DNA of 64,000 nucleotides from Candidatus Nezhaarchaeales archaeon (GCA_038887515.1 JAWAKK010000001.1:256001-320000), one strand, 5' to 3'. Shown: positions 1-10,425, counted from the first letter of the stretch. Made by a program: numbers and translations. The notes: generated by a model not told the origin, from the letters alone.

Positions 1-1316
1 TACCCACTTATTGTACGATACACGACAACAACCACATAGCTAGGTTACTACTACCCGAATGCATAACGTATCCACCAGAGAAGTACGTTACTTGGAGGGG
101 GAGAGGCTTCTGTGGAGAGTCTCTACAGCATCAGTTTAGGCCGTATAGATATCCAGCCCCTGGCTATAACCCCATGAAGATGCTTTACAGGATAGGTGCT
201 GGCTACATAGGTACGATGACCCACACAAACAGGTGGGTAAGGGCCTATAGGAGCCCGAAGTTAGAGTTCTTCGTCGTACAAACAATATTTGCTAATGAAC
301 CTGAGTGCAAGTTTGCGGACGTTTTGTTACCAGTCTGTACGAACTTTGAACGTTGGGATATAAGTGAGTGGGCAAGCTGCTCTGGTTACATACCGCATTC
401 ATTCACTGGCGTCAACCATAGAACCATAGTACTACACATGAAGTGTATAGAACCTCTAGGACAGTCTAGAAGCGACTATTGGATATTTGAGCAGCTAGCA
501 AAGAAGCTCGGCTTCTGGTACGAGTTCACGGAAGGAGGTATGACAGACCTAGATTGGGTCAAGAGGATGTTTGAGGTAAGCGACTTACCAAAGTACATAA
601 CTTGGGAAGAGTTCAAGAAGAAGGGCTACTTCGTAGTACCACCGCCAAAGCCCTACAAGCCTACGCCTGCCCTAAGGTGGTTCTACGAGGATAGAGAAAG
701 GGACACACCCGACTGGGCTCCGCCATACCCGAAGAAGGGCCTTGCCACGCCAACCGGTAAAATAGAGTTCTACTCCAAGACTATAGAGAAGTTCAAGCAG
801 GATGATCCGGAAGAAGAGAGACCGATCATACCCATGTACATACCTTCGTGGGAGGGTCATACGAGTGAGATGGCCAAGAAGTACCCGCTACAACTCGTAA
901 CACCTCACCCGAGGTACTCTTACCACACGCACCACGATGGTAAGGGTACGTGGATAAACGAGATTCCAGAGCATAGAATAAAGAAGGAGGATGGAAGGTA
1001 CTACTGGGTGCTATATATCAATCCAAAGGATGCAGAGGCTAGAGGCATAAAACACGGCGATATAGTCAGAGTCTTTAACGATAGAGGCTCAGTGCTATGT
1101 GTAGCCTTCGTCACAGAGAGAGTGAGACCGGGGGTTGTAAGGGCTTGGGAATCCTGCAATGTTTATGATCCAATAGGTGAACCTGGCGATCCCAAGAGCG
1201 TAGATAGAGGAGGTTGCTTGAACCTCATTACTCCAGAGAAGTTCCTATCAAAGAACGCCTGCGGTATGGCTCCAAACTCATGCCTAGTCGAAGTTGAGAA
1301 GTGGAAGGGGGTGTAG
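1..1316 (+). CDS. athL: Molybdopterin (DMSO reductase family) catalytic subunit, pyrogallol-phloroglucinol transhydroxylase large-subunit-like; 5'-partial
   Basis: The frame is open from position 3 (HIARLLLPECI...YPAPGY) into the 174..1316 ORF. Motifs FADVLLPVCTNFERWDISEWASCSGYIP, DTPDW, TPHPRYSYHT, DRGGCLNLITP and ACGMAPNSCLVEVEKW closely resemble Pelobacter AthL as recalled. Confidence 0.85.
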   Translation, partial: PTYCTIHDNNHIARLLLPECITYPPEKYVTWRGRGFCGESLQHQFRPYRYPAPGYNPMKMLYRIGAGYIGTMTHTNRWVRAYRSPKLEFFVVQTIFANEPECKFADVLLPVCTNFERWDISEWASCSGYIPHSFTGVNHRTIVLHMKCIEPLGQSRSDYWIFEQLAKKLGFWYEFTEGGMTDLDWVKRMFEVSDLPKYITWEEFKKKGYFVVPPPKPYKPTPALRWFYEDRERDTPDWAPPYPKKGLATPTGKIEFYSKTIEKFKQDDPEEERPIIPMYIPSWEGHTSEMAKKYPLQLVTPHPRYSYHTHHDGKGTWINEIPEHRIKKEDGRYYWVLYINPKDAEARGIKHGDIVRVFNDRGSVLCVAFVTERVRPGVVRAWESCNVYDPIGEPGDPKSVDRGGCLNLITPEKFLSKNACGMAPNSCLVEVEKWKGV

Positions 1317-1319
1317 GAT

Positions 1320-2162
1320 ATGGTTAGGTACGCAATAGTCGTAGACATAACTAAATGCAATGGTTGCTACAACTGTTTCTTAGCTTGTAAAGACGAGTTT
1401 TGGGATAACGATTGGCTACCGTACTCCGTTGGACAGCCTAGACATGGACATCAATGGATTAGGCTACTGTATAAGGAGAGAGGAAACTATCCACATGTCA
1501 GGATCACGTATGTTCCAATGCTGTGTTTCCACTGCGAAAATCCAAACTGCATAAAGGCGGCTAAAGAAGGCGCCGTATACAAGAGACCAGACGGAATAGT
1601 AATAATAGACCCAGTAAAGGCCAAGGGACAGAGACAACTTGTCGAAGCTTGTCCCTATGGAAACATTTTCTGGAACGAAGAGAAAAACGTACCTCAAAAA
1701 TGTACCATGTGCATACACTTACTAGAACAGGGATGGAAAGAACCTCGCTGTGTACAAGCATGCCCAACAGGAGCTTTAAAGTTTGGTGATCTAGATGATC
1801 CGAAGAGTGAAGTTTACGGAATGGTAAAGTCCGGGCGTGCGATACCATTTAAGCCCGAAGCGGGACTGAGGTCAGGAGTATTCTACGTGGGTCTCCACCG
1901 ATACGCAAAGGAGTTGCTGGCTGGAAGTGTCGCACTTAAAGGTAGTGACGAGGTTGCTAAAGGCGCGAAGGTAATGCTAGTAAATAAGAAGACAGGCGAG
2001 AAGCTGGTCACAGAGACAAACGAGTTTGGATTATTCGAGTTCGACGGCCTTGAGTTAGGGCAATACACGTTGACCATAGAGTATCCAGGCTACAAGACCA
2101 AGGCCCTCGACATAGTTCTCTCGAAGAGCTTATATATGGGTTACATTGAGCTAGAAAGATAA
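1320..2162 (+). CDS. bthL: Fe-S beta subunit with C-terminal Cna/carboxypeptidase-regulatory-like domain, transhydroxylase small-subunit-like
   Basis: Cys motifs CNGCYNCFLAC, CFHCENPNC, CPYG and CTMC..RCVQAC. One cluster position is degenerate (DPVKAKGQRQL), as in BthL. C-terminal ETNEFGLFEFDGL beta-sandwich. Confidence 0.85.
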   Translation: MVRYAIVVDITKCNGCYNCFLACKDEFWDNDWLPYSVGQPRHGHQWIRLLYKERGNYPHVRITYVPMLCFHCENPNCIKAAKEGAVYKRPDGIVIIDPVKAKGQRQLVEACPYGNIFWNEEKNVPQKCTMCIHLLEQGWKEPRCVQACPTGALKFGDLDDPKSEVYGMVKSGRAIPFKPEAGLRSGVFYVGLHRYAKELLAGSVALKGSDEVAKGAKVMLVNKKTGEKLVTETNEFGLFEFDGLELGQYTLTIEYPGYKTKALDIVLSKSLYMGYIELER

Positions 2163-2196
2163 TTAATTTTACAAGAAAAGTGAAGGGGTAATTGAC

Positions 2197-2334
2197 ATGT
2201 TAATCCCCATAGAACAAATCCCCATAGAAGCCCTGCCAGTAAGACTATTTGTTGAAGCGTGGATAGCAATGATAATCACGAACATATGGTTCTACATAGG
2301 CTACAAGATCGCTCAGAGTAGAAAGAAGGAGTGA
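2197..2334 (+). CDS. 45-aa single-TM membrane microprotein (MLIPIEQIPIEALPVRLFVEAWIAMIITNIWFYIGYKIAQSRKKE)
   Basis: AAGGGG SD-like motif upstream, hydrophobic helix plus basic tail, stop overlaps the next ATG (TGATG). Confidence 0.65.
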   Translation: MLIPIEQIPIEALPVRLFVEAWIAMIITNIWFYIGYKIAQSRKKE

Positions 2335-2474
2335 TGGCCATGGAGCTCAATGTAGATTGGCTAACTACATGGGAGGGCTTCTGGTTCTACATTTTCATAA
2401 TATTTTTAATACTGTTCTACGGCGGCGTAAGGAAAAGCAAGAAAACTTCGGAGTCAGCCACTAAAAGTGGGTGA
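2334..2474 (+). CDS. 46-aa single-TM membrane microprotein (MAMELNVDWLTTWEGFWFYIFIIFLILFYGGVRKSKKTSESATKSG)
   Basis: AGGAG SD, coupled to the previous ORF, TM helix plus Lys/Arg tail, ends 6 nt before the SSS gene. Confidence 0.65.
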   Translation: MAMELNVDWLTTWEGFWFYIFIIFLILFYGGVRKSKKTSESATKSG

Positions 2475-2480
2475 TATGAC

Positions 2481-3971
2481 ATGGCGCTTAGGATGGAGAT
2501 ATTACTTCCAGTAGTGATATACTACTTGGTAGTCACCATTGGTGTTGGGACCTACTTCATAAGGAAATACGGTAGGGCGGCGAGAGACTTTACGGTTGCA
2601 GCGATGTCATTGCCGTGGTGGCTAGTAGCTATGGGCATAGTATTGGGGCCTTTCGGTGCCGGACATACATTGAGCCCGGCCGAAGCATCATGGAGATGGG
2701 GCGCTACGCCGAACTGGTGGTCAATAGTAGGTGGTACCCTATCACTAACTATAGCGATATTCACTATCGGTAGGTGGTACAGGAGGCTTGGAGCTTCAAC
2801 AATAGCTGAAGCCTACGAGAAGGTTTTCAGCCCAGGAGTAAGAGCGCTTGCGTCAGCTACAACTCTCTTGGCATCTCTAGCTATAGGTAGTCTAGAGTTT
2901 TATGCAAGCGCTGCAGCTATCTCGGGCTTTACCGGACTAGACATAGGGTTCTGCCTCATATTCTCCTTCGTGTTCTTCATAATATACGTGTTGTTCTCGG
3001 GAGTAATGCAGCTAGCCGTCGTCAACTTAATAAACATAATAGTGTACTACGTTGGCGTGGTACTAGCGCTCGTAGTTCTAACTTCAATTGTCGGACAAAT
3101 AGGTGGTTGGAAGGTCGCTGAACAATTAATAGTTCAGAAAGTGGGTACAAAGGGAGTTACATTATTTGCTCCTGAGCTCGGACCATTCCTCGGCTTAGTG
3201 CTCCCAATAGCAATACTTCATGCATGTTATACGCCACTAGTCCAAGGGTTCATGCAACCAGTGCTAGCTGCAAAGGATGAGAAGCAGATAACGAAGGGGT
3301 GGCCCCTAGTGCTAGTGTTGAACGCAAGTGCTACGACGGCATTCGTGGTCATAGGTTTGGCGTCGTTTACTCTGCCGTCGACGCTTTACGGTCCACTAGC
3401 TCCTACCATAGAAGCGCTTAGAGCCCAAGGTGCAGGCGTGCCAGCCATAATACTTACCATAACGGAACTACTTCCTGGTGCAGGTGCGCTAATCTTGATG
3501 TCGTTGTTAGCTGCCACGTTATCCACGGGTGGTGCTTTCGTACTAGGTTCTTCAACTGCAATAGTCGAAGACCTTATATCAATGTACAAGAAGTTCGACG
3601 AGAGAGTAAGACTGATACTGCTACGTGTATTCATTATCGTCGCATGTATACTATGTCTCGTTGGAGCAATGTTCATGCCATACCTGATAGCTGCCTTCTT
3701 ATGGGTATTCGGATGGACTGTGCCCTTCTTCGTTGGTTTAGTGTTTGCATGGTTATGGCGCAGAAGCACTAAGGCAATGCTTGGAACGGTAGCGATCACG
3801 TGGATCGTGCACGTGCTATGGACTATATTCGGAGTCAATGTACCCTTTGAGTGGCTAAAGCCTCCTCTAGGCAACACCTATCCGCTAATCATAATAGCCA
3901 TAATAGTATACGTGGTACTGGCCTTAGCATCCAAGGATAGCAAAGAACCCGGTAAGTTGCTGACAAAATAA
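2481..3971 (+). CDS. Sodium:solute symporter (SSS/PutP family)
   Basis: About 13 TM segments; DFTVAAMSLPWW, LLAATLST and IVEDL motifs. Confidence 0.9.
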   Translation: MALRMEILLPVVIYYLVVTIGVGTYFIRKYGRAARDFTVAAMSLPWWLVAMGIVLGPFGAGHTLSPAEASWRWGATPNWWSIVGGTLSLTIAIFTIGRWYRRLGASTIAEAYEKVFSPGVRALASATTLLASLAIGSLEFYASAAAISGFTGLDIGFCLIFSFVFFIIYVLFSGVMQLAVVNLINIIVYYVGVVLALVVLTSIVGQIGGWKVAEQLIVQKVGTKGVTLFAPELGPFLGLVLPIAILHACYTPLVQGFMQPVLAAKDEKQITKGWPLVLVLNASATTAFVVIGLASFTLPSTLYGPLAPTIEALRAQGAGVPAIILTITELLPGAGALILMSLLAATLSTGGAFVLGSSTAIVEDLISMYKKFDERVRLILLRVFIIVACILCLVGAMFMPYLIAAFLWVFGWTVPFFVGLVFAWLWRRSTKAMLGTVAITWIVHVLWTIFGVNVPFEWLKPPLGNTYPLIIIAIIVYVVLALASKDSKEPGKLLTK

Positions 3972-3974
3972 AAC

Positions 3975-3991
3975 CTCTTTCTTTTTTATTA
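3975..3991 (+). terminator. Oligo-T archaeal terminator
   Basis: CCTCTTTCTTTTTTATT directly after the SSS stop codon. Confidence 0.55.
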
Positions 3992-4218
3992 ATACTTTTC
4001 TCCTTAAACCCGTTTTTGTAAAGGAATGTTAATTTTAAATTTAATGTTTAAAGAGTTCTTGAAGTTATGGATGGTTAGACCACATCTTTAATTATGCTAT
4101 CAGATAAATTTCGCTTAAGGAAGTTAAGGCTAGCTTCCTATAACCTCAAAGCAAATCTTTAAGATTTTATGGATCTCGAATAATGATATTTTGTTTTAAT
4201 ACCGCTTTACGAATTACG

Positions 4219-4788
4219 TCAAATTCTACTAAACCAAGAAGTTTTCGATGTGTTTATTGCGAACATTAAGAGCCAGAGTGTTGCGACGATTAAGACCGAT
4301 ACTTCAAGCATGCCGACCGAGGTCCATGGAATTAAAGCGAAGATTAATGCTATTACACTTAGCGTTAGCAAGACAATGCCTAAGGCCCTTTTTATCTTCA
4401 TGGTCCATATGCTTACAACGATCATTGAAAGTATTAAGAACGAAAAGAACATAACCGAAACGAAGTAGTGAGGCCTGGTACCTTCAGGGTATGTGGAAAC
4501 TAACGTTAAGAATATGGACGATATTGAAAAGAAGACTCCTCCTATACGTCCTAACCGACCCCTCAATTTTAATATCAAGGTGCAACCATATGCTAATGCA
4601 AGAAATGAGGCTACAATAAGCCCTCCATTAAAAACGTAACTGAATGATACTCCTATTGCGCCTAGATCGCTTAAAGCATTTCTATATAATGAGAACCATG
4701 GATTAAGAATTATTGATATAAGTATTGTTACCCAGCCAATAAACATGGCTATAATCCCAAGTAGGTGAGTAAGGAGGCTAAGTCTCAT
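4219..4788 (-). CDS. DUF998-family membrane protein
   Basis: NPWFSLYRNALSDLG and YPEGTRPHYFVS motifs; multi-TM. Confidence 0.75.
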   Translation of the reverse strand: MRLSLLTHLLGIIAMFIGWVTILISIILNPWFSLYRNALSDLGAIGVSFSYVFNGGLIVASFLALAYGCTLILKLRGRLGRIGGVFFSISSIFLTLVSTYPEGTRPHYFVSVMFFSFLILSMIVVSIWTMKIKRALGIVLLTLSVIALIFALIPWTSVGMLEVSVLIVATLWLLMFAINTSKTSWFSRI

Positions 4789-4954
4789 GAAGGCATCAAT
4801 ATAAAGTTCTAATAATGTATGACAATTTAAAGCTTTAGAAGTCTAACAATACCTAATCTAATTTCGTACCTATTTAGTTATTAAATCTTCATTGGCAGGT
4901 AAACACAGTAAAATTTTTCAACAAAAGTCATGGAATTGGTTAGGAAAATCTTAA

Positions 4955-5335
4955 TTATCTTACGAATATACGTTCTTCGCATGAATCTTTATACGGCCTT
5001 ATATGATTGTAATTTCTTTCGAAAACGATCCTATCGTTAAGCTTTTTCAATACGTAATTGCACACAGGCTCCGAGACGTACTTGCACGTAAACCTTGTAT
5101 CTAAGCCTAGAAGCAACGTGAATTTAAGTATTGGGCATGGGTTTCTGCAGCGCGTTATTAATTCAGTGTTGGTAAGCTTAACTACCTCGATATCTCTCAT
5201 ACGAATCCTCAAGAACTTGAAGTAGAAAAGTTCGAGGATTTCGTTCACATTACTTGCCTTTGGTGCACTAAGAGTCCATAGCAGACCGTATGGGTAAAAT
5301 ATTTGCTTAGCCAGAAAGAGAACGAGGTTCTTCAA
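4955..5335 (-). CDS. Hypothetical protein with four Cys (CRNPCP, C, C, C)
   Basis: ORF with a GGGGA SD-like motif and TTG start; Cys pattern suggests metal binding. Confidence 0.5.
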   Translation of the reverse strand: MKNLVLFLAKQIFYPYGLLWTLSAPKASNVNEILELFYFKFLRIRMRDIEVVKLTNTELITRCRNPCPILKFTLLLGLDTRFTCKYVSEPVCNYVLKKLNDRIVFERNYNHIRPYKDSCEERIFVR

Positions 5336-5529
5336 TAATTCACGTCCCCCACTTCGGCTTCTCAGAAACCAGTAAGACTATGAGCATAAAATAAGCCTTT
5401 TAGAAGAAAAATTAGAAGAATCAATTTCTAAGTCCTAATCAGTTAAATCCTACAATTAAATAGGACATCTAGCTAAGAAACCGTAAACCTCATAACTTGT
5501 CTGTTGAAGTGTTAATCGGTTGAGTTCCA

Positions 5530-6825
5530 ATGCGTGGCTCGGATATTGTAGCTAATGTATTAAGGTTAGTTAAGGAGCACGACCATTGGAGGTCCTCTTG
5601 CCTAAATCTCATTCCGAGCGAAAATGTGACTAGCAAATTTGTCAGATTGATGTTAACGTCAGATCTCGGTCATAGGTATGCTGAAGGAAAGCCGTTTAAG
5701 AGGTACTACTGTGGAACTCGATTCATAGATGAAATAGAAGCGGTGGCTATAGAGCTAGCAAAGAAACTATTTAAATGCAAGTTTTCTTCTGTAAAACCTA
5801 TTTCAGGGACCATTGCCAATTTAGCTGTCTTCTCAGCTCTAGCGAAACCAGGGGACACCATTATGGGTCTCAGCATACCATGTGGTGGACACATAAGTTT
5901 TGCCGAAGTTGGCGCCGCAGGTATTAGAGGGCTGCGCGTGGTTAATTTGCCTTTCGATTATAGAGATATGAACGTAGATATCGAAAAGGCCATCGACACA
6001 ATAGCTAAAGTTAGACCTAAGCTAATAGTCCTAGGGGCTAGCCTCTTTCTATTCCCTCATCCGGTGAGGGAGCTCAGTAAGACAGCGGAAGAATTCGATG
6101 GACTTGTAGTTTACGATGGATCCCATGTTCTAGGCCTTATAGCCGGCGGTCAATTTCAAGATCCGCTATCTGAAGGAGCTCTCGCACTTATGGGCAGCAC
6201 CCACAAGACTTTTCCGGGCCCTCAAGGTGGTATAGTTCTGTCAAACGAAGAGACAGTCATGGAGAAAGTAGAAGAAGCACTATTTCCGGGGTTGGTTAGC
6301 AACCACCATCTACATAGGGTTGCCGCGCTAGTAATATCTCTGGCCGAAATGATAGAATTCGGAAGAGAGTACGCCAGGGACGTTGTGGATAACGCAAAAG
6401 AGCTTGCGAGATCGCTTTACGATAGAGGATTTAAGGTCCTTTGTCCGCATAAGGGCTTTACCTCATCTCATCAAATAGTAATTGACGTAGCTGAGTTGGG
6501 CGGTGGAAGGTGGGTCTCGAAGAGGCTCGAGGAGGCAAACATAATAACTAACATGAACTTACTCCCATGGGATGACGTTAAAAAAGCTAAAGACCCAAGC
6601 GGATTAAGGCTTGGAGTTCAAGAAGTCACAAGGTTAGGAATGAAGAGGGACGAAATGAACTTCATAGCTGAGAAGATAGAGGAAGTTCTATTGATGAATC
6701 GTAACCCAGCCGACGTCAGAAATGATGTGGCAAACTTTATGGCCTCTTATCAAGAGGTTAAGTATTGCTTCAACGGCTCTAAAGCATATAGAATAATAGA
6801 CTACTTAGAAGCGTTTGAGGTATGA
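5530..6825 (+). CDS. glyA: Serine hydroxymethyltransferase (archaeal type)
   Basis: LIPSEN, YAEG, STHKTFPGPQGG (PLP Lys) and PSGLRLG motifs. Confidence 0.97.
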   Translation: MRGSDIVANVLRLVKEHDHWRSSCLNLIPSENVTSKFVRLMLTSDLGHRYAEGKPFKRYYCGTRFIDEIEAVAIELAKKLFKCKFSSVKPISGTIANLAVFSALAKPGDTIMGLSIPCGGHISFAEVGAAGIRGLRVVNLPFDYRDMNVDIEKAIDTIAKVRPKLIVLGASLFLFPHPVRELSKTAEEFDGLVVYDGSHVLGLIAGGQFQDPLSEGALALMGSTHKTFPGPQGGIVLSNEETVMEKVEEALFPGLVSNHHLHRVAALVISLAEMIEFGREYARDVVDNAKELARSLYDRGFKVLCPHKGFTSSHQIVIDVAELGGGRWVSKRLEEANIITNMNLLPWDDVKKAKDPSGLRLGVQEVTRLGMKRDEMNFIAEKIEEVLLMNRNPADVRNDVANFMASYQEVKYCFNGSKAYRIIDYLEAFEV

Positions 6826-7076
6826 AGTCCTAGGCCATTAATGCATATTGTCCATTAAAACCCTCCTCTATAACGCTACTAGTTATAAGTTAACGTCAGA
6901 TTTGGTGGGGTCGCCAAGGCTTAATTTCCTTAGAATACAGCGTACATCAGTGAAGATATGGAGTTCTTCATATTACTTCTTGCCGAACGTGGTAGGAAAC
7001 TAGAAAAAGATATAAGCTTATTAATGTAAAATTTTTCATATCCTAATTCTAAGGCCTGGTCGGTGGAAGAGAATTC

Positions 7077-7611
7077 ATGTCTGAGTCACCCTTAGAACTC
7101 GTAGTAAATTGGCTTAGAGCTCTTAGGTTTATGATACTTGATGTGATATCTCGTCTGAAAAACGTGGAGCCAAAGGCTAAAAGAGACATTTCAGTCTTCG
7201 TAACCTTAATAACTAACAGACTGAATAACATCGCTAATAGCTTAAACAGCGTATTGAAGCTTCTCGGAATAAACCCCGACGAGAAGTTAGAGTCACTCGA
7301 GCATCAACTGGGGGAGATAGTTGTAGGTCCTTAGAGGGTTTACTTCTATCGCTGAAGAGATCTTGAATAGAGACGTTTTAAGCGCAGAAAGAGTCGTATC
7401 TTCACTAGAAGAAATGTTGCATAGGATCGAAATGGTAATTGTTGGATCTAGAGCATTGTCTTTAATGGTTCAAGCGTTGCATGATAAAAATCGTGCTATT
7501 TTAAAGGTTGCGTTCGACGATGTGATGGATGATTGGTGCATAATAGCTAAGCGCTTTAGGGAACTTAACGAAGCGTGTGTAACTATGGGTGTAATGGGAG
7601 AGATGGGATAA
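7077..7611 (+). pseudogene. Helical hypothetical protein split into ORFs 7077..7334 and 7363..7611
   Basis: The second frame is open back to about 7327 (VLRGFTSIAEEIL); adding one base near 7326 joins the two ORFs. Confidence 0.5.
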
Positions 7612-7667
7612 AGGAGAAAATTACGCTCAACTCGTGGTGTAGAGTAGGATAGTACTTAACGTTGAAA

Positions 7668-8486
7668 TTAAGATCTTATCGGTACGCCTCTTTCAGCCAG
7701 GTACTTCTTCACGTCTGATATGCTATAAACGCCGAAGTGAAATATTGATGCCGCCAACGCCGCATCTGCCTTACCTATAGTTAGTGCCTCATACATGTGA
7801 TGTGGATTTCCAGCCCCACCACTGGCAATAACTGGTACGCTTACCGCTTCAGCGACAGCTCTCGTCAACTCTATATCGTAGCCGCCTGTAGTACCGTCTT
7901 TGTCCATACTCGTTAAAAGTATCTCACCAGCTCCTAGCTCAGCAACCTTCTTAGCCCACCAAACGGCGTCTATACCTGTCGGTTGCCTACCACCATAAAT
8001 GTAAACCTCCCACCATACCTCTCCTTCGCTAGTCTCGACGTAAAATCCTTGAGGGCTCGGTCTCTCTTGCCTTAAGACTCTTTTTGCATCTATAGCCACT
8101 ACTATGCACTGAGAGCCGAAGATATCTGACGCCTCTTTGACAAGCTGCGGCCTCTTGACTGCGGCAGTATTTATCGAGACTTTATCAGCTCCAGCGACTA
8201 GCAACTCCCTTATATCGTCTATGTCTTTAATACCGCCTCCAACCGTGAAAGGTATGCTTAACGTATCTGCCGTCCTCTCGACGGCTTCTACTAAAGTCCT
8301 TCTTCCTTCGTAGGAAGCGGTTATGTCTAGGAATACCACTTCGTCAGCCCCTTGACTTTCGTAGTACGCAGCTAACTCAGCTGGATCACCCGCATCGCGT
8401 AGATTTACGAACCTAACCCCCTTTACAACTCGACCCCACTTAACGTCTAGACACGGTATAATCCTTTTAGTAAGCATGATAGTCAC
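7668..8486 (-). CDS. hisF: Imidazole glycerol phosphate synthase cyclase subunit
   Basis: [16 protein letters not shown] and [13 protein letters not shown] motifs; alternative ATG start at 8477. Confidence 0.97.
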   Translation of the reverse strand: MTIMLTKRIIPCLDVKWGRVVKGVRFVNLRDAGDPAELAAYYESQGADEVVFLDITASYEGRRTLVEAVERTADTLSIPFTVGGGIKDIDDIRELLVAGADKVSINTAAVKRPQLVKEASDIFGSQCIVVAIDAKRVLRQERPSPQGFYVETSEGEVWWEVYIYGGRQPTGIDAVWWAKKVAELGAGEILLTSMDKDGTTGGYDIELTRAVAEAVSVPVIASGGAGNPHHMYEALTIGKADAALAASIFHFGVYSISDVKKYLAERGVPIRS

Positions 8487-9206
8487 CTAACAATCCTTAC
8501 ATACCCTTATGGCCTCTCTAAGGCTTATTAATCCCTCATAGAGTGCTTTACCAACTATTAAGCCATAGGCTCCAGCTTTCTTTGCCTTTTCTACGTCCTG
8601 TAAACTTGAGACCCCTCCGGCAGCTAGTACCTTGATCTCACCTATCTTTGCTACGCTCTCAATGCTTTTTTCATCTATACCACTAAGTGTGCCGTCCCTC
8701 GCAGCCGACGACACGAGTATCCACTTAAAGCCCATCTCCTTAGCTCTCCTAGCTTCGTCGACGAGAAGCCTTTCAGTGACCTCTTTCCAACCCTTAATTG
8801 CTACCTTACCGTCGAAATGGTCTAAAGCTACTACGATTTTGTCCCCGCCTATTTGCTTTACGAACTCTTCTGCTAACTCCATCTTTTCTATGAATATCGT
8901 GCCTATAACGACTCTCGCTGCTCCGGCCTCAAGTAGTGTAAGCGCCTTCTCTATGCTCCTAATTCCTCCAGCCACCTGCACCTCAATGTTTGCTTCAGAT
9001 ATCAATTGCAGTATAGTCTCCATGTTGCTACCCCTGCCGTGGGCCGCATCTAGATCCACTACGTGGACTACTTCAGCGCCTTCTTGCTCCCACTTCCTTA
9101 AAGCCTCGAGAGGCTTCAGTTGGTAGATCGTCAACTTATTCATGTCACCCATGTAGAGTCTCGCGACCTTTCGACTAACTATGTCTATTGCTGGTATTAT
9201 CTTCAA
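8487..9206 (-). CDS. hisA: ProFAR isomerase
   Basis: IIPAID, HVVDLDAA, QVAGGIRS and DGTLSG motifs. Confidence 0.95.
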   Translation of the reverse strand: MKIIPAIDIVSRKVARLYMGDMNKLTIYQLKPLEALRKWEQEGAEVVHVVDLDAAHGRGSNMETILQLISEANIEVQVAGGIRSIEKALTLLEAGAARVVIGTIFIEKMELAEEFVKQIGGDKIVVALDHFDGKVAIKGWKEVTERLLVDEARRAKEMGFKWILVSSAARDGTLSGIDEKSIESVAKIGEIKVLAAGGVSSLQDVEKAKKAGAYGLIVGKALYEGLISLREAIRVCKDC

Positions 9207-9212
9207 ACACGT

Positions 9213-9824
9213 TCACCGTTTAGCAAGCTTAACAAAGTTCTTAAGAATCGTCAAGCCATCCTTACCGCTCTTTTCAGGGTGAAATTGGGTTCCAAAGATC
9301 AGAGGTTTAGTCTCAATAATTGAGGGAAACTCGCACCCATACGTTGTAGTCGCAATTACGTTTTCCCATCTTTTTGGGCTCACTTTATAAGAATGGACGA
9401 AATACATGTAGGCTTCGTCACGAATTCCTTCAATTATTGGGCTCCAAGACCTTATTTTAATGGTGTTCCAACCGATATGGGGTATCTTAACTATATTGGG
9501 AAGTTTATCGACGAAACCTTCGATGATCCCTAATCCCCTTACACCTCCACCCTCTTCGCTCCATTCGAAACATAATTGGAGCCCGAGACATATGCCGAGG
9601 ACTGGTCTTCCACCTCTTATAGTCTCTTGCAATGAATGTAGCATGTCGCCAAGGTTTTGCATAGCACTTTTAAAAGATCCTACCCCCGGCAGGACTACCG
9701 CGTCAGAACTCATAACGTCTTCTTCTCTAGCAGTTACGACTGCGGTTGCACCAGCCCTCTCAAGCCCTCTCTTAATGCTTCTTAAGTTCCCTATACCGTA
9801 GTCTATTATTGCTACGACCACCAT
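9213..9824 (-). CDS. hisH: IGP synthase glutamine amidotransferase subunit
   Basis: IIDYGIGNL, GICLGLQ and QFHPEKSG motifs. Confidence 0.96.
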   Translation of the reverse strand: MVVVAIIDYGIGNLRSIKRGLERAGATAVVTAREEDVMSSDAVVLPGVGSFKSAMQNLGDMLHSLQETIRGGRPVLGICLGLQLCFEWSEEGGGVRGLGIIEGFVDKLPNIVKIPHIGWNTIKIRSWSPIIEGIRDEAYMYFVHSYKVSPKRWENVIATTTYGCEFPSIIETKPLIFGTQFHPEKSGKDGLTILKNFVKLAKR

Positions 9825-9837
9825 GCCCTACACACTT

Positions 9838-10425
9838 CTACAGTATGCCCTTTATGCTTGGAATACCTCCACGATTTATAGCGACAGCCTGTTTTAACGC
9901 TAACGCAAGAGCTTTAAATGCTGCTTCCACCTTGTGATGGTCATTGCTCCCACATAGGGTCCTTACGTGTATTGCTATCTTAGCTGAGTCGCACATAGAC
10001 TTAAAGAAGTGCATTATGTCTTCAACCTTCACGTCTTCGACGTAATCTGACTTCACGTCCAGGCTCGCGTTAAACGAAGGCCTTCCCGAAAGGTCCACAG
10101 CTACTAGAGCTAGTGCATCATCCATGGGTACTATAGCCCAGCCAAACCTGTTCACCCCCTCTCTTCCTCCAAGAGCCTTTGCAAGTGCTTCACCAATAGC
10201 TAAGCCCACATCTTCAGCTATGTGGTGTTCTAAATCGCCTTCAAGTACTCTGACTTTGAGATCCAGTGAACCATGATAAGACAACGTCTTAAGCATGTGA
10301 TCTAGAAATAGAAAGCCTGTCTCGGCTTCGCATGAACCGGATCCATCTAGCTCTAGCTCAACCTCTACTTGCGTTTCCGAAGTTTTTCTCTCAACCCTCG
10401 CCCTTCTCAAGGGGCCTTCCCCCAA
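9838..10425 (-). CDS. hisB: Imidazoleglycerol-phosphate dehydratase
   Basis: FLDHML, HHIAED, PMDDAL and NDHHKVEAAFKA motifs. Confidence 0.96.
   Translation of the reverse strand: MGEGPLRRARVERKTSETQVEVELELDGSGSCEAETGFLFLDHMLKTLSYHGSLDLKVRVLEGDLEHHIAEDVGLAIGEALAKALGGREGVNRFGWAIVPMDDALALVAVDLSGRPSFNASLDVKSDYVEDVKVEDIMHFFKSMCDSAKIAIHVRTLCGSNDHHKVEAAFKALALALKQAVAINRGGIPSIKGIL

Noticed and set aside
2202-2231. Tandem ATCCCCATAGAA repeat
   Set aside because: Only two copies, encoding IPIEQIPIE inside a microprotein; not CRISPR-like.
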